From assembly GCA_014874355.1 (NCBI GenBank), contig JACWAJ010000065.1, positions 1-60,755 on the forward strand: 60,755 nt of DNA, in the 5' to 3' direction. Positions 28,924-37,672 of the stretch are shown one piece after another. This DNA comes from a bacterium (lineage in GTDB: Bacteria > Chloroflexota > Dormibacteria > Aeolococcales > Aeolococcaceae). A program made the position numbers and the translations under genes. The notes under the pieces are model-generated. The model was not told where the DNA came from. It was given only the letters and a program-made list of their open reading frames with translations, and made no database searches. Within the stretch, counting starts at the first letter, position 1, and each line of letters begins with the position of its first letter.

Positions 28924-29868
28924 ATGCCTGAACCGGGTGGGATTGCAAGTTGGCCGGGGGCGCGCGCGGATGAACCGCTGGCGAGGCATTCGCAGTACGG
29001 CATAGGCGGGCCTGCAGACTGGTTCGTCAAGGTGGACGACGCGATGGCACTCGGCGATCTGCTCCGTCTGGCGAATGCGGCCGGACTGCCTGTCACTCCG
29101 ATCGGGGCGGGCAGTAACACGCTCATCCTTGATGGTGGCATCCGGGGCGTGGTGGTCGAAATCACCGACAAGGCGATGCGCGTCATCGACGATACGGTGA
29201 TCGAGCTTCGAGCCGGCTGCATGCTGCCTCGAGTGGCCCTGGACTGTGCTCGGCTGGGCCTTGCCGGGCTCGAGTTCGGCATTGGCATTCCGGGAACGTG
29301 TGGTGCCAGCATTCGTGGTAACGCCGGTGCCTTTGGTCGTGAGATCAAGGATGTTCTGCTGGAGTGCTCCGCGCTGGATGTGCAGGGTGCGATGCGTACG
29401 TTTTCGGCTTTGGAATGTCAGTTTGCTTATCGCACCTCGATCTTCAAACAGTCGCTCACAGACAGCATCGTCGTTGCGGCGCGTTTTGGCGTGACACCCA
29501 ACACCGCCTATGCCGTGCGGCGGCGTACCGCCGCCATCCAGGCACACCGCAAATCAACCCAGCCTTATGGTATTCGGAGTCTCGGTTCGGTTTTCACCAA
29601 CCCTCCGGGTGATCATGCCGGGCGCCTCGTAGAGGCGGTGGGGTTAAAGGGCGCTCGTCGCGGCGGGGCAGAGATATCGACCGTTCATGCCAATTTTATT
29701 GTCAACGTGGATCGAGCCACCGCACGAGACGTTCTTGACCTGGTGGAACTGGCTCACGACCGGGTGCTGGCGGACTTCGGCGTCGATCTTGTGCGCGAAA
29801 TCGTTGTCATGGGCGAGGATAAGGCGCGGTCGGAACCGTCGGTGACGAAGCGGAGGAGTGGCGGGTGA
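28924..29868 (+). CDS. murB: UDP-N-acetylenolpyruvoylglucosamine reductase
   Basis: IGGPAD, GAGSN, GLEFGIGIPGT.G....NAGA, F.YR.S, SLGSVF.NP, HANFIVN. Confidence 0.96.
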   Translation: MPEPGGIASWPGARADEPLARHSQYGIGGPADWFVKVDDAMALGDLLRLANAAGLPVTPIGAGSNTLILDGGIRGVVVEITDKAMRVIDDTVIELRAGCMLPRVALDCARLGLAGLEFGIGIPGTCGASIRGNAGAFGREIKDVLLECSALDVQGAMRTFSALECQFAYRTSIFKQSLTDSIVVAARFGVTPNTAYAVRRRTAAIQAHRKSTQPYGIRSLGSVFTNPPGDHAGRLVEAVGLKGARRGGAEISTVHANFIVNVDRATARDVLDLVELAHDRVLADFGVDLVREIVVMGEDKARSEPSVTKRRSGG

Positions 29869-31055
29869 GGCGTGTCGGTGTGGTTTTCGGCGGGCAGTCG
29901 GTTGAGCACGAAGTGTCGGTGATCACCGCCATGCAGGTGATGGCGGCATTGCCCGCGGCCGGTTACGTCGCCGTGCCGCTTTACATCGCCAAGTCGGGCA
30001 CCTGGTATACGGGTGACCTGTTGAACCGTCTCGATGCATTCCGGGATTTCGACCGGGTGCTGCGGGGTGCAATGGCGGTTACACCGCGGATTGACGGCGC
30101 GCATCCCGGCCGGCTCGATGTGGTGGGCGGTCGGCGCGGCATCTTGGGGCGTGGTTCCGCTGCCGAGATAAGCGTCGACGTGGTGCTGCCGCTAGTGCAT
30201 GGTTCTCATGGCGAGGACGGCACTCTGGCGGGGCTTTGCGAACTCTGGGGAGTGCCCTATGCCGGCTGTGGCGTGGCCGCTGCGGCGCTGTCCATGGACA
30301 AGTCGCTGGCCAAGCGCATATTCCGCGCAGCCGGTCTTCCCGTTCTCGATGACATGGTGGTTGAACGCCAGCATTGGCTCCAAGATTCCCCTGCCGCCGT
30401 CTCTAAGATCGAGCATTGCTTCGGCTATCCGGTCTTCGTCAAACCGGCAACTCTCGGTTCGTCGATTGGCGTTTCCCCCGCCGGATCTGCCCGCGAGCTG
30501 CGCGACGCCATCGACCTCGCCCTTGCTTACTCCGACCGGGTGCTGGTCGAGCCTCAAATGCAAGATATCGTGGAGATCAACTGTGCCGTGCTGGGAAGCG
30601 GTGACACCGTTCGCGCTTCAGCCCTGGAGCAACCTGTGGTCAGCGGGGTGCTCACCTATGCGGAAAAGTACGCAGGCGGGAAGAAGGCGGCAAATGCCGG
30701 CATGAAGGGCGCTCGGCGGATCGTCCCGGCACCGATCGACGTTGCGCTGGCCGGCCGCATAAGCCGGCTGGCCAAGGACGCATTTCACGCCATCGGGGCG
30801 GCGGGTGTCGCTCGAGTCGACTTCCTGGTCTCACCTGAGCGCGGTGAGGTCATCCTCAACGAGATCAACACAGTCCCGGGATCGCTGGCCTTCTATCTCT
30901 GGGAGGAGTCGGGACTTCCCTTTGCCGAGCTGCTGAACTCGCTCATCGACCTGGCGTTTGCCGCAGATGCAGAGAGATCGGGCACCACCTATTCGATCGA
31001 TTCGTGGTTGCTTGCGGGTGGGATCGGCGGGGTCAAGACGGGGGGCTCCGCCTGA
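29865..31055 (+). CDS. ddl: D-alanine--D-alanine ligase family
   Basis: FGGQSVEHEVS, HG..GEDG, MDK, FVKP..LGSSIG, EKY, ARVDF, NEINTVPGS. Confidence 0.93.
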   Translation: MRRVGVVFGGQSVEHEVSVITAMQVMAALPAAGYVAVPLYIAKSGTWYTGDLLNRLDAFRDFDRVLRGAMAVTPRIDGAHPGRLDVVGGRRGILGRGSAAEISVDVVLPLVHGSHGEDGTLAGLCELWGVPYAGCGVAAAALSMDKSLAKRIFRAAGLPVLDDMVVERQHWLQDSPAAVSKIEHCFGYPVFVKPATLGSSIGVSPAGSARELRDAIDLALAYSDRVLVEPQMQDIVEINCAVLGSGDTVRASALEQPVVSGVLTYAEKYAGGKKAANAGMKGARRIVPAPIDVALAGRISRLAKDAFHAIGAAGVARVDFLVSPERGEVILNEINTVPGSLAFYLWEESGLPFAELLNSLIDLAFAADAERSGTTYSIDSWLLAGGIGGVKTGGSA

Positions 31056-31060
31056 GTGCG

Positions 31061-31846
31061 ATGACTAACCTTCTCGACATCGTCACCGAGGTGCCGCCGG
31101 CCCACGTCTTGCTGGCGGGGGAGGGGCCGCCGGTGCTGTGTCTCCACGGCTGGGGCGCCAGTGCCGGATTGTTCGTGCCTCTGAGCCGCGAACTTGACGA
31201 TCGGTTCTTCCTGATCGCCCCCGATTTCCCGGGATTTGGCGCGACGCCCGTGCCTGAGCGACCTTGGAGCGTTGACGATTACGTCGTCTGGACACTCGCG
31301 CTTCTCGACCGTCTGGGACTCGTCCGTGTCGACATAGTTGCCCATTCGTTTGGGGCACGGGTGGCCATCAAACTCGCGGCAGCGCATCCTGAACGGGTTG
31401 GGCGCATGGTGCTCACAGGTGCGGCAGGGGTGCGCCCCAAGCGCGGTATCGGCTACTACTTGCGCGTGCGTACTTTCAAGTTGCTGAAGCGCGTGCGTTC
31501 CGCACATATGACCCTGAGGTGGGTACGAGATTGGGCCTGCCGTCGAGTCGAGCGCAGCGGTTCGCGCGACTACCAGGCTGCCGGCGGGGTGATGCGGGGA
31601 ACTTTCGTCAGCGTCGTCAATGAGGACCTTGTCGAGTGGCTGCCCAAGGTGACGGCATCCACCTTGCTGGTCTGGGGCGACCGCGACGACGAAACCCCGC
31701 TCCGTGATGGCCGTCTCATGGAGCAACGCATCCCCGACGCGGGTCTGGTGATATTCGAGGGACGGAGCCATTACGCCTACATCGAGGAGGCGGCGCGTTT
31801 CGCGCACATAGTGGCCACGTTCTTGAGCGGCGAGGCCGCAGCATGA
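31061..31846 (+). CDS. Alpha/beta hydrolase (esterase-like)
   Basis: LHGWG, D.PGFG, AHSFG nucleophile elbow, WG..D..TP, SHYAY. Confidence 0.9.
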   Translation: MTNLLDIVTEVPPAHVLLAGEGPPVLCLHGWGASAGLFVPLSRELDDRFFLIAPDFPGFGATPVPERPWSVDDYVVWTLALLDRLGLVRVDIVAHSFGARVAIKLAAAHPERVGRMVLTGAAGVRPKRGIGYYLRVRTFKLLKRVRSAHMTLRWVRDWACRRVERSGSRDYQAAGGVMRGTFVSVVNEDLVEWLPKVTASTLLVWGDRDDETPLRDGRLMEQRIPDAGLVIFEGRSHYAYIEEAARFAHIVATFLSGEAAA

Positions 31847-33462
31847 TCGGTGGCGTCGGAATTGCGATGGTGGCGTTGCTGTGGCTTCTGGCCATAACCC
31901 GTATCTCCGTTGTGGCGTCGCGAATGTTCCAGATCGAGGAATACGAGGCGCTCCGGCTCTGGAGATGGGCCAATGTGCGCGCCTGGAACTGGCATCGCGC
32001 GCTCGCCGTTGCGAGCGCTGCCGCTCTAGTCCTGGCAGGGGTTGCGGTACTGCGCAACGAATCCTATTGGGTCATCGCCGAGGGCCTCACGGGCACCGCG
32101 CTGCTCAACCTCTTGTGGCGCTGGCTGCCGCCCAAGAAGGCGCTGGTGTGGACGCCACGCATGCGCCGCCTATTCGCGACGACGGTGGTACTGGCGGTCG
32201 TCCTGACCGCCGCCGTCGCCATCCTGGCGCTTCGCAGTCCGGTGGTCGTGGGGGCGGTGGCCGTATGGGTCGGGATCTTCATGGCGAGCACCATCCCCGT
32301 CTTTCTGTTCGTAATTGCCAACTGGCTGATGGCTCCCGTCGAGGCCGGGGTGCGGTGCGGCTTTATCCGCCGTGCCCGCCGCCGCCTTGCCGCGGTCGAT
32401 CCGGTTGTCGTAGCGGTGGCGGGGAGTTGGGGCAAGACGTCGACCAAGCACATCCTCGCCCAGCTATTGCCCGCAGCTGCTTTCGCACTGCCCACGCCGC
32501 GGAGTTTCAACACCCTGATGGGGGTCACCCGCACCGTCAACGAGAATCTCGCGGATTCGCACAAGACGTTCATCGTGGAGATGGACGCTTACGCTCCGGG
32601 CGAGATCGCCTCCATTTGCGATCTGGTGCACCCGCGGCTTGCGATCGTGACCGCGGTGGGTCCGCAGCACCTCGAGCGTTTCGGCAGTATCGAGCGAATT
32701 GCAGACGCGCTGTACGAGACCGTCGCTGCGCTTCCCCCCGAGGGTGTCGCGATCATCTATGCGGGGGATCCCAGTTGTGCCGCACTGGCACTGCGCGCGG
32801 TCGGGGAGAAGCGCCGGGTCGTCACCTACGCCATGGAGGGCGAGGGCGTCAACGCCGACATCTCCGCGACCGACGTCCGGGTCGATGGTGGGGGTTCTCA
32901 CTTCATGTGGCGCTGGGGGGCGGAGCAACTGGAGACAAGGGTGGACGTGCCACTGCTGGGGCGTCATCAGGTGCTCAATGTCAGCGCCGCGTTGGCGGCT
33001 GTGCACCTGCTCGGCTTCGATGCGATCGCGGCGGTGTCATCTGCGGCACGGTTGCAACCTGTCGAGCACCGGCTGCAACCGGTTCCCAGTGGCCACGGAG
33101 TTGTCGTCATTGACGATTCCTACAACGCCAATCCCGTTGGCGTCCACAACGGCCTGGACGTCTTATCCGCGCTTGGCGAAGGCAAGAGGATCCTTGTGAC
33201 ACCGGGACTGGTTGAACTAGGCGCCGAGGAAGATGCCGAGAACCGGCGCTACGGTGAGCACGCGGCCCGTGTTTGCGATCACGTGATCGTCGTACGCGCC
33301 AAGACCACTGAGGCGTTACTGGCGGGCCTTGGCGCCGGGGGTATCGACGCGAAGGCCGTCCATGTGGTGGCATCGCTGGCCGAGGCCACCACGGTCATAG
33401 GTTCGCTTGCCCGTCGCGGAGACGTGGTTCTCTTCGCCAACGATCTTCCCGACACGTACTAA
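31843..33462 (+). CDS. murF: MurF with N-terminal multi-TM domain
   Basis: AGSWGKTSTK, SFNT.MG, VEM.A, GPQHLE.F, DDSYN.NP.G, TPG.VELG, NDLPD; about 170 hydrophobic N-terminal residues. Confidence 0.88.
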   Translation: MIGGVGIAMVALLWLLAITRISVVASRMFQIEEYEALRLWRWANVRAWNWHRALAVASAAALVLAGVAVLRNESYWVIAEGLTGTALLNLLWRWLPPKKALVWTPRMRRLFATTVVLAVVLTAAVAILALRSPVVVGAVAVWVGIFMASTIPVFLFVIANWLMAPVEAGVRCGFIRRARRRLAAVDPVVVAVAGSWGKTSTKHILAQLLPAAAFALPTPRSFNTLMGVTRTVNENLADSHKTFIVEMDAYAPGEIASICDLVHPRLAIVTAVGPQHLERFGSIERIADALYETVAALPPEGVAIIYAGDPSCAALALRAVGEKRRVVTYAMEGEGVNADISATDVRVDGGGSHFMWRWGAEQLETRVDVPLLGRHQVLNVSAALAAVHLLGFDAIAAVSSAARLQPVEHRLQPVPSGHGVVVIDDSYNANPVGVHNGLDVLSALGEGKRILVTPGLVELGAEEDAENRRYGEHAARVCDHVIVVRAKTTEALLAGLGAGGIDAKAVHVVASLAEATTVIGSLARRGDVVLFANDLPDTY

Positions 33463-33558
33463 GGCTCACGCTTTGCATGATTCTCGGGCATAATCAGGTG
33501 ACGGTCGTCAGCCCACTCCATAACGTCTTCTCAACGTCGGTGAATTGTCATTTCTCGT

Positions 33559-34683
33559 ATGGCCATCACGTCGCAGCGTTCTACCGCTAGCGCTGAGCGC
33601 GTCCAGCATCGTGCCAGGGTTCGCGCTCAGGCGGCGTCACTTGTCGACATCCCGAGTCGGCGGCGCGACTTTCGCACACCTTCAAGCCTCAACTTGCGTT
33701 CCACGTCGCGAAGGCGGCTCCATGCGCCGCAACCGCGTTGGCGGGTCGGCGAAGGTCACGGCAATTCGCGTCGTGGTGTGACCGTAGGGCTCCTTGTGCT
33801 CCAGGTTATTGGGTTGGTGCTGCTGCTGGTGCTGCCTGGCTTCCAGGTTCGCAACGTCAGCATTGCGGGAAGCCGCCTACTGACGCGAGAGGCGGTACTC
33901 GATGCGGCTTTGGTGCCTTCGCACAGCATCTTCACCGTCGATGGTGGTGCGATCCGTCAGCGTCTTATTGGCCTTCCGTGGATACGCAGTGCGACCGTCA
34001 CCACCGAGTTGCCCAATACCGTGAGTATTCACATCGTCGAGTGGTCGCCCAGTCTGCGGTTGCATCGCAATGGACATGACACGCTTGTCGCCGACTCTGG
34101 TGCCACCGTGGATACTTCGGCGGGGCGGCCGGACGTGGTGTCGAAAATCCCCGTCCTGGTTGATGAACGTACGGGTAAGACTGCGACTCTCGACCCCGCT
34201 CTCGTTCAGATGCTCGATGCCACGAGCAGTCGCTTCCCGGCGGTGTTTGGTTGCTCGGTTGCAGCCTATGAGTGGCGTGCTGACGGCATGCTCGTCATCT
34301 GGACGTCCACGGGATGGTCGGCGGTGCTAGGGCATATGGATGCCAGCGGCGAGGTGGCCGCCATTCCCGATCAACTGAGCTCGCTGGCCGCGCTCAAGGC
34401 TCATCTCAACTTCACCGCGCCGGGTTTTGGCTATGTCAATCTGGAAAATCCGGAGGCACCGGCAGTTGGCGGCACGCCGGGCTTGCCGCCAACTATCAAG
34501 GACGCTCTGACGTTGAGCGTTCCCAAACCTGCGTCGCCGTCAACACCGTCGGGGTCGACTGCTCAACCGGGTGGGCCCAAGGCGCCTGCGCCCACGCCAG
34601 TGCCCGCACCCACGCCGCCTCCCACACCTGCACCGACAGCGGCCCCGACACCCTACGTTTTCAACGTCCAGCTCTCACACTGA
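33559..34683 (+). CDS. ftsQ: Cell division protein FtsQ/DivIB
   Basis: Basic N-terminus, TM, POTRA (F.V..V.I.G...LPWI..A.V....PNTV.I.IVE), Pro/Thr-rich tail. Confidence 0.8.
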   Translation: MAITSQRSTASAERVQHRARVRAQAASLVDIPSRRRDFRTPSSLNLRSTSRRRLHAPQPRWRVGEGHGNSRRGVTVGLLVLQVIGLVLLLVLPGFQVRNVSIAGSRLLTREAVLDAALVPSHSIFTVDGGAIRQRLIGLPWIRSATVTTELPNTVSIHIVEWSPSLRLHRNGHDTLVADSGATVDTSAGRPDVVSKIPVLVDERTGKTATLDPALVQMLDATSSRFPAVFGCSVAAYEWRADGMLVIWTSTGWSAVLGHMDASGEVAAIPDQLSSLAALKAHLNFTAPGFGYVNLENPEAPAVGGTPGLPPTIKDALTLSVPKPASPSTPSGSTAQPGGPKAPAPTPVPAPTPPPTPAPTAAPTPYVFNVQLSH

Positions 34684-34730
34684 GGCCGAGAACTGCTGCC
34701 GAAAGGGCTGGCGTTGGCCATAGATTCGGC

Positions 34731-34756
34731 GGCGATATTTAGGGGCGATATTTAGG
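34731..34756 (+). repeat. Tandem 13-mer GGCGATATTTAGG x2
   Basis: Exact direct repeat, 34731-34743 and 34744-34756, upstream of the 34809 ORF promoter region. Confidence 0.8.
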
Positions 34757-34808
34757 CGGGCGCAACTTTGTCCGTTTCACGTCCGCGTTAGTCGGTTACC
34801 GTTTCGAC

Positions 34809-35441
34809 ATGGCAGAAAACACACCAAACACCGACAAGACCCCGGATACTCCGCTGGGCGGTTCGTCCAACCTCAGCTTTCACACCCGTCGCGTCGTCGC
34901 CGAAGGTAACGTCAAGGGACGTTGGGCGGGGTTTCGCGCCAGGCGTCGTGCCCGTATCGCGGAGTACAACGAGAAGCAGGCACTTCGGTATGCCAAGAAG
35001 GCAGGCGCAGCCACCGATGCGGCCGGGAAACTTCGTGCCGAGCAGGCTGAACTGGCCCGTCGTGCCGATGCGGCCCGCCAGTTAGAGCTGGTTGAGCAGC
35101 AGGCTGCGTCTGAGCGTCGTGCCGCCCAGATTGCTGAACTTGCCCGCTTTGACGCTGTGAGCCGCACACTCAAAGCCAAGCACTCCGTGGAGAGCACTGC
35201 CGCGGCCATCAAGATCGAGCAGGCCGAGAGGGCTCTGGTTGAGGCCAGGCAGGCTGCCGAGGCGGTTGAGCAGGAGCATGCCCAGGCCAATCTCCATCAC
35301 CAGGAGGCCAAGGCCAGCACCCGCATCGATCACCGCACTGCCAATAAGGCGGCGGCGGATGCCCTCAAGCGGGACGTGACCAAAATCGTTCGCGAGGGCA
35401 AGGGCCCCTGGAAGCACGTGGGCGGGGGCCGGGGACTCTAG
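34809..35441 (+). CDS. Hypothetical Ala/Arg/Glu-rich coiled-coil protein
   Basis: 210-aa ORF with helical composition, leaderless-type start (TACCGT-N6-ATG) and its own terminator. Confidence 0.75.
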   Translation: MAENTPNTDKTPDTPLGGSSNLSFHTRRVVAEGNVKGRWAGFRARRRARIAEYNEKQALRYAKKAGAATDAAGKLRAEQAELARRADAARQLELVEQQAASERRAAQIAELARFDAVSRTLKAKHSVESTAAAIKIEQAERALVEARQAAEAVEQEHAQANLHHQEAKASTRIDHRTANKAAADALKRDVTKIVREGKGPWKHVGGGRGL

Positions 35442-35461
35442 CCCGGCTGTCTCTGTAACTC

Positions 35462-35498
35462 AAAGCGGCTCCTCGTGAAAGCGGGGGGCCGCTTTTAT
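35462..35498. terminator. Terminator hairpin between convergent genes
   Basis: AAAGCGGCTCCTCGT-GAAA-GCGGGGGGCCGCTTT, then TAT. Confidence 0.75.
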
Positions 35499-35515
35499 CT
35501 ATGTAGACGTGATGT

Positions 35516-36400
35516 CTACTTGTGCTCCCACGGCTTGGCTACGCGCAGTGCCGAGAGGATGGCGCGGGTGGCCGGTGAGCGGTTGAGCGTGTAGAAGTGG
35601 ATGCCTGGCGCTCCGCCGGCAAGCAACTCCTGACATTGCAATGTCGCCCACGCGACGCCAAGTTGGACGACGGCCTCGGCGTCGTTGCGGCGCTCATCCA
35701 GTGCTGTGAGCAGAGCCGCGGGGATGGTGACCCCGATTTTGGATGTGAACCTTTTGATCTGCTCAACATTGGTGACGGGCATGATCCCCGGAATGATGGG
35801 AACGCTGATTCCGGCGGCACGCGATCGGGCCACGAAGTCGAAGTACAGGCGGTTGTCGAAAAAGAGTTGAGTGATGAGGAACCCGGCACCTTGGACCACC
35901 TTGAGCCGGGTGAAGGCAAGATCGCTCTCCAGGTCAGGCGACTCGATATGGCCTTCGGGGTAACAAGCGGCGCCGATACAAAAAGCGTACTTGGCGGAAA
36001 TCAGCGCGGCCAGTTCGCTGCCGTGACGCAGGCCGTCGTTGGAGTTGTGGAACCCGGAGGCGCCGTCGGGTGGGTCTCCCCGCAACGCCAGAACATTGTC
36101 GATATGGGCATCTTGAAGCTCATCGAGCACGCTGCATAGTTCCTGGCGACTGGCACCTACACATGTCAGGTGTGCCATCGGCTCGATGCCAAGATCACCC
36201 CTGAGCCGCTTGACCAGTTCCACTGTGCGGGTCCGGGTGCTGCCGTTGGCGCCGTAGGTCACCGAGACAAAGCTCGGATCGAGACTTTTGAGTTGTGCGA
36301 TGGCGCTAAACAGGCTTTCCAGAGCTGCTTCGTTGCGTGGCGGGAAGAACTCGAAGGAGAAGCTGGGAATCCTCTGAGAGAGGATCTCGACGATGCGCAT
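35516..36400 (-). CDS. metF: 5,10-methylenetetrahydrofolate reductase
   Basis: SFEFFPP, FVSVTYGA.GS, AHLTC, LALRGDPP, YPEGH, ITQLFFD, HFYTLN. Confidence 0.96.
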   Translation of the reverse strand: MRIVEILSQRIPSFSFEFFPPRNEAALESLFSAIAQLKSLDPSFVSVTYGANGSTRTRTVELVKRLRGDLGIEPMAHLTCVGASRQELCSVLDELQDAHIDNVLALRGDPPDGASGFHNSNDGLRHGSELAALISAKYAFCIGAACYPEGHIESPDLESDLAFTRLKVVQGAGFLITQLFFDNRLYFDFVARSRAAGISVPIIPGIMPVTNVEQIKRFTSKIGVTIPAALLTALDERRNDAEAVVQLGVAWATLQCQELLAGGAPGIHFYTLNRSPATRAILSALRVAKPWEHK

Positions 36401-36425
36401 GTGCTGCATGGTAGGTTGCGTGTCC

Positions 36426-37475
36426 ATGCGAGCGGTGTTTGCGAAGACGTTTGGCGGCGACGACCCGGTTGGCAACCTGCGGATCGGTGATGTGGCCGAC
36501 CCCGTGCCGGCGCCGGGGGAGGTGAGGGTTCGTGTGACTGCGGCCACGCTGAATCACCATGACCTGTGGACACTCAAGGGCGTGGGCTCGCGGTCGTTTC
36601 CCGGGTCTCAGGTGCTCGGTATGGATGCTGCGGGAGTGGTCGACAGCTACGGCGATGGGGCCCGCGCTGGCACTGTGCCTGTCGGCGACCGCGTCGTGCT
36701 CTATCCGGTGTTCGGATGTGGTGCTTGTGATGCCTGTCTGGCCGGCGACCAGTTGCTATGTCCGCGGATTGGCCTGCTGAGTGAGCCGCCGCGTGGGGGC
36801 ACGCTGGCGGAGTATGTGGTGGTTCCCGTTCAAAGTCTGGTGGCGCTACCCGATTCCATTGACGACGTGGTTGCCGCGTGCCTGCCCACCGCCTACCTGA
36901 CGGCCTACCGGATGCTGTTCCAGTGTGCCGGACTGCGTCCGGGCCAGAGCGTTTTGGTTCAGGGGGCGAGCGGTGGTGTGGCCACCGCAGCCATTCTCCT
37001 GGCTCGCGTTCATGGCATCACCGTCTTTGCCACGTCGAGGACCGAGGCCAAGCGCAGTGCCGCTCTCGAACTTGGCGCCACCGCTGCCTTCGACCCGGCT
37101 GATCGGGCTGCGGTCAAACAACTCATCGCGGCAACCGGGGGCGGAGTAGACGCTGTGGTTGAAACCGTCGGCGATCCAACCTGGGATTTCAGCCTTCGCG
37201 CCGTCCGTCCCGGAGGCACGATTGTCGTCGTCGGCGTCACCGGAGGGGCCAACCCTGCGGCGCAACTCAATCGTGTCTTCTGGCGCCATATCACGATTGC
37301 CGGTTCGAGCATGGGCACCCGCTCTGAACTCGTGCGCCTCGTCGCCCTCTGTGCCAACGGAACACTGTCACCCCTCGTCGATTCGGTTACCGACTTCGAC
37401 GGCGTGGCCGATGCCATGCAGAAGATGGCCGACGGCAAACACTTTGGCAAACTGGTGATACGCGTTTCGGGATGA
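36426..37475 (+). CDS. Zinc-binding MDR dehydrogenase/quinone oxidoreductase
   Basis: LNHHDLW, CGACDAC..C, TAYRML, GASGGVA, HFGKLV. Confidence 0.9.
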   Translation: MRAVFAKTFGGDDPVGNLRIGDVADPVPAPGEVRVRVTAATLNHHDLWTLKGVGSRSFPGSQVLGMDAAGVVDSYGDGARAGTVPVGDRVVLYPVFGCGACDACLAGDQLLCPRIGLLSEPPRGGTLAEYVVVPVQSLVALPDSIDDVVAACLPTAYLTAYRMLFQCAGLRPGQSVLVQGASGGVATAAILLARVHGITVFATSRTEAKRSAALELGATAAFDPADRAAVKQLIAATGGGVDAVVETVGDPTWDFSLRAVRPGGTIVVVGVTGGANPAAQLNRVFWRHITIAGSSMGTRSELVRLVALCANGTLSPLVDSVTDFDGVADAMQKMADGKHFGKLVIRVSG

Positions 37476-37489
37476 GCCCCAGCCGCAGC

Positions 37490-37672
37490 TAAGCCTGGAT
37501 CCACCGTGAAACCGAAGCAGACCGCCACTCGGGCGAGTCCAGGGCAAGGCGCCGCCGAGCACGAGAGGGAGTGCATCTGAATGATGCATGACCAAACGCG
37601 CGCAGAAGGCAACGCAGCCATGGACCGGCTAATTGAGCGAGATGCGAGGGGCTCACGGTGGATCCAGGCTAA
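37490..37672. mobile_element. Non-coding rod-shaped palindromic (MITE-like) element, copy 2
   Basis: 17-bp terminal inverted repeat GCCTGGATCCACCGTGA (37493-37509 / 37653-37669) flanked by TAA direct repeats; interior homologous to 28731-28913. Confidence 0.75.

Noticed and set aside
34540-34660. Repetitive CCC/ACG-rich tract
   Set aside because: Explained by the Pro/Thr/Ala-rich FtsQ tail
37490-37672. Retron msr-msd or integron attC reading of the inverted-repeat element
   Set aside because: No reverse transcriptase or integrase nearby and no RYYYAAC/GTTRRRY ends; homology to 28731-28913 fits a dispersed element better
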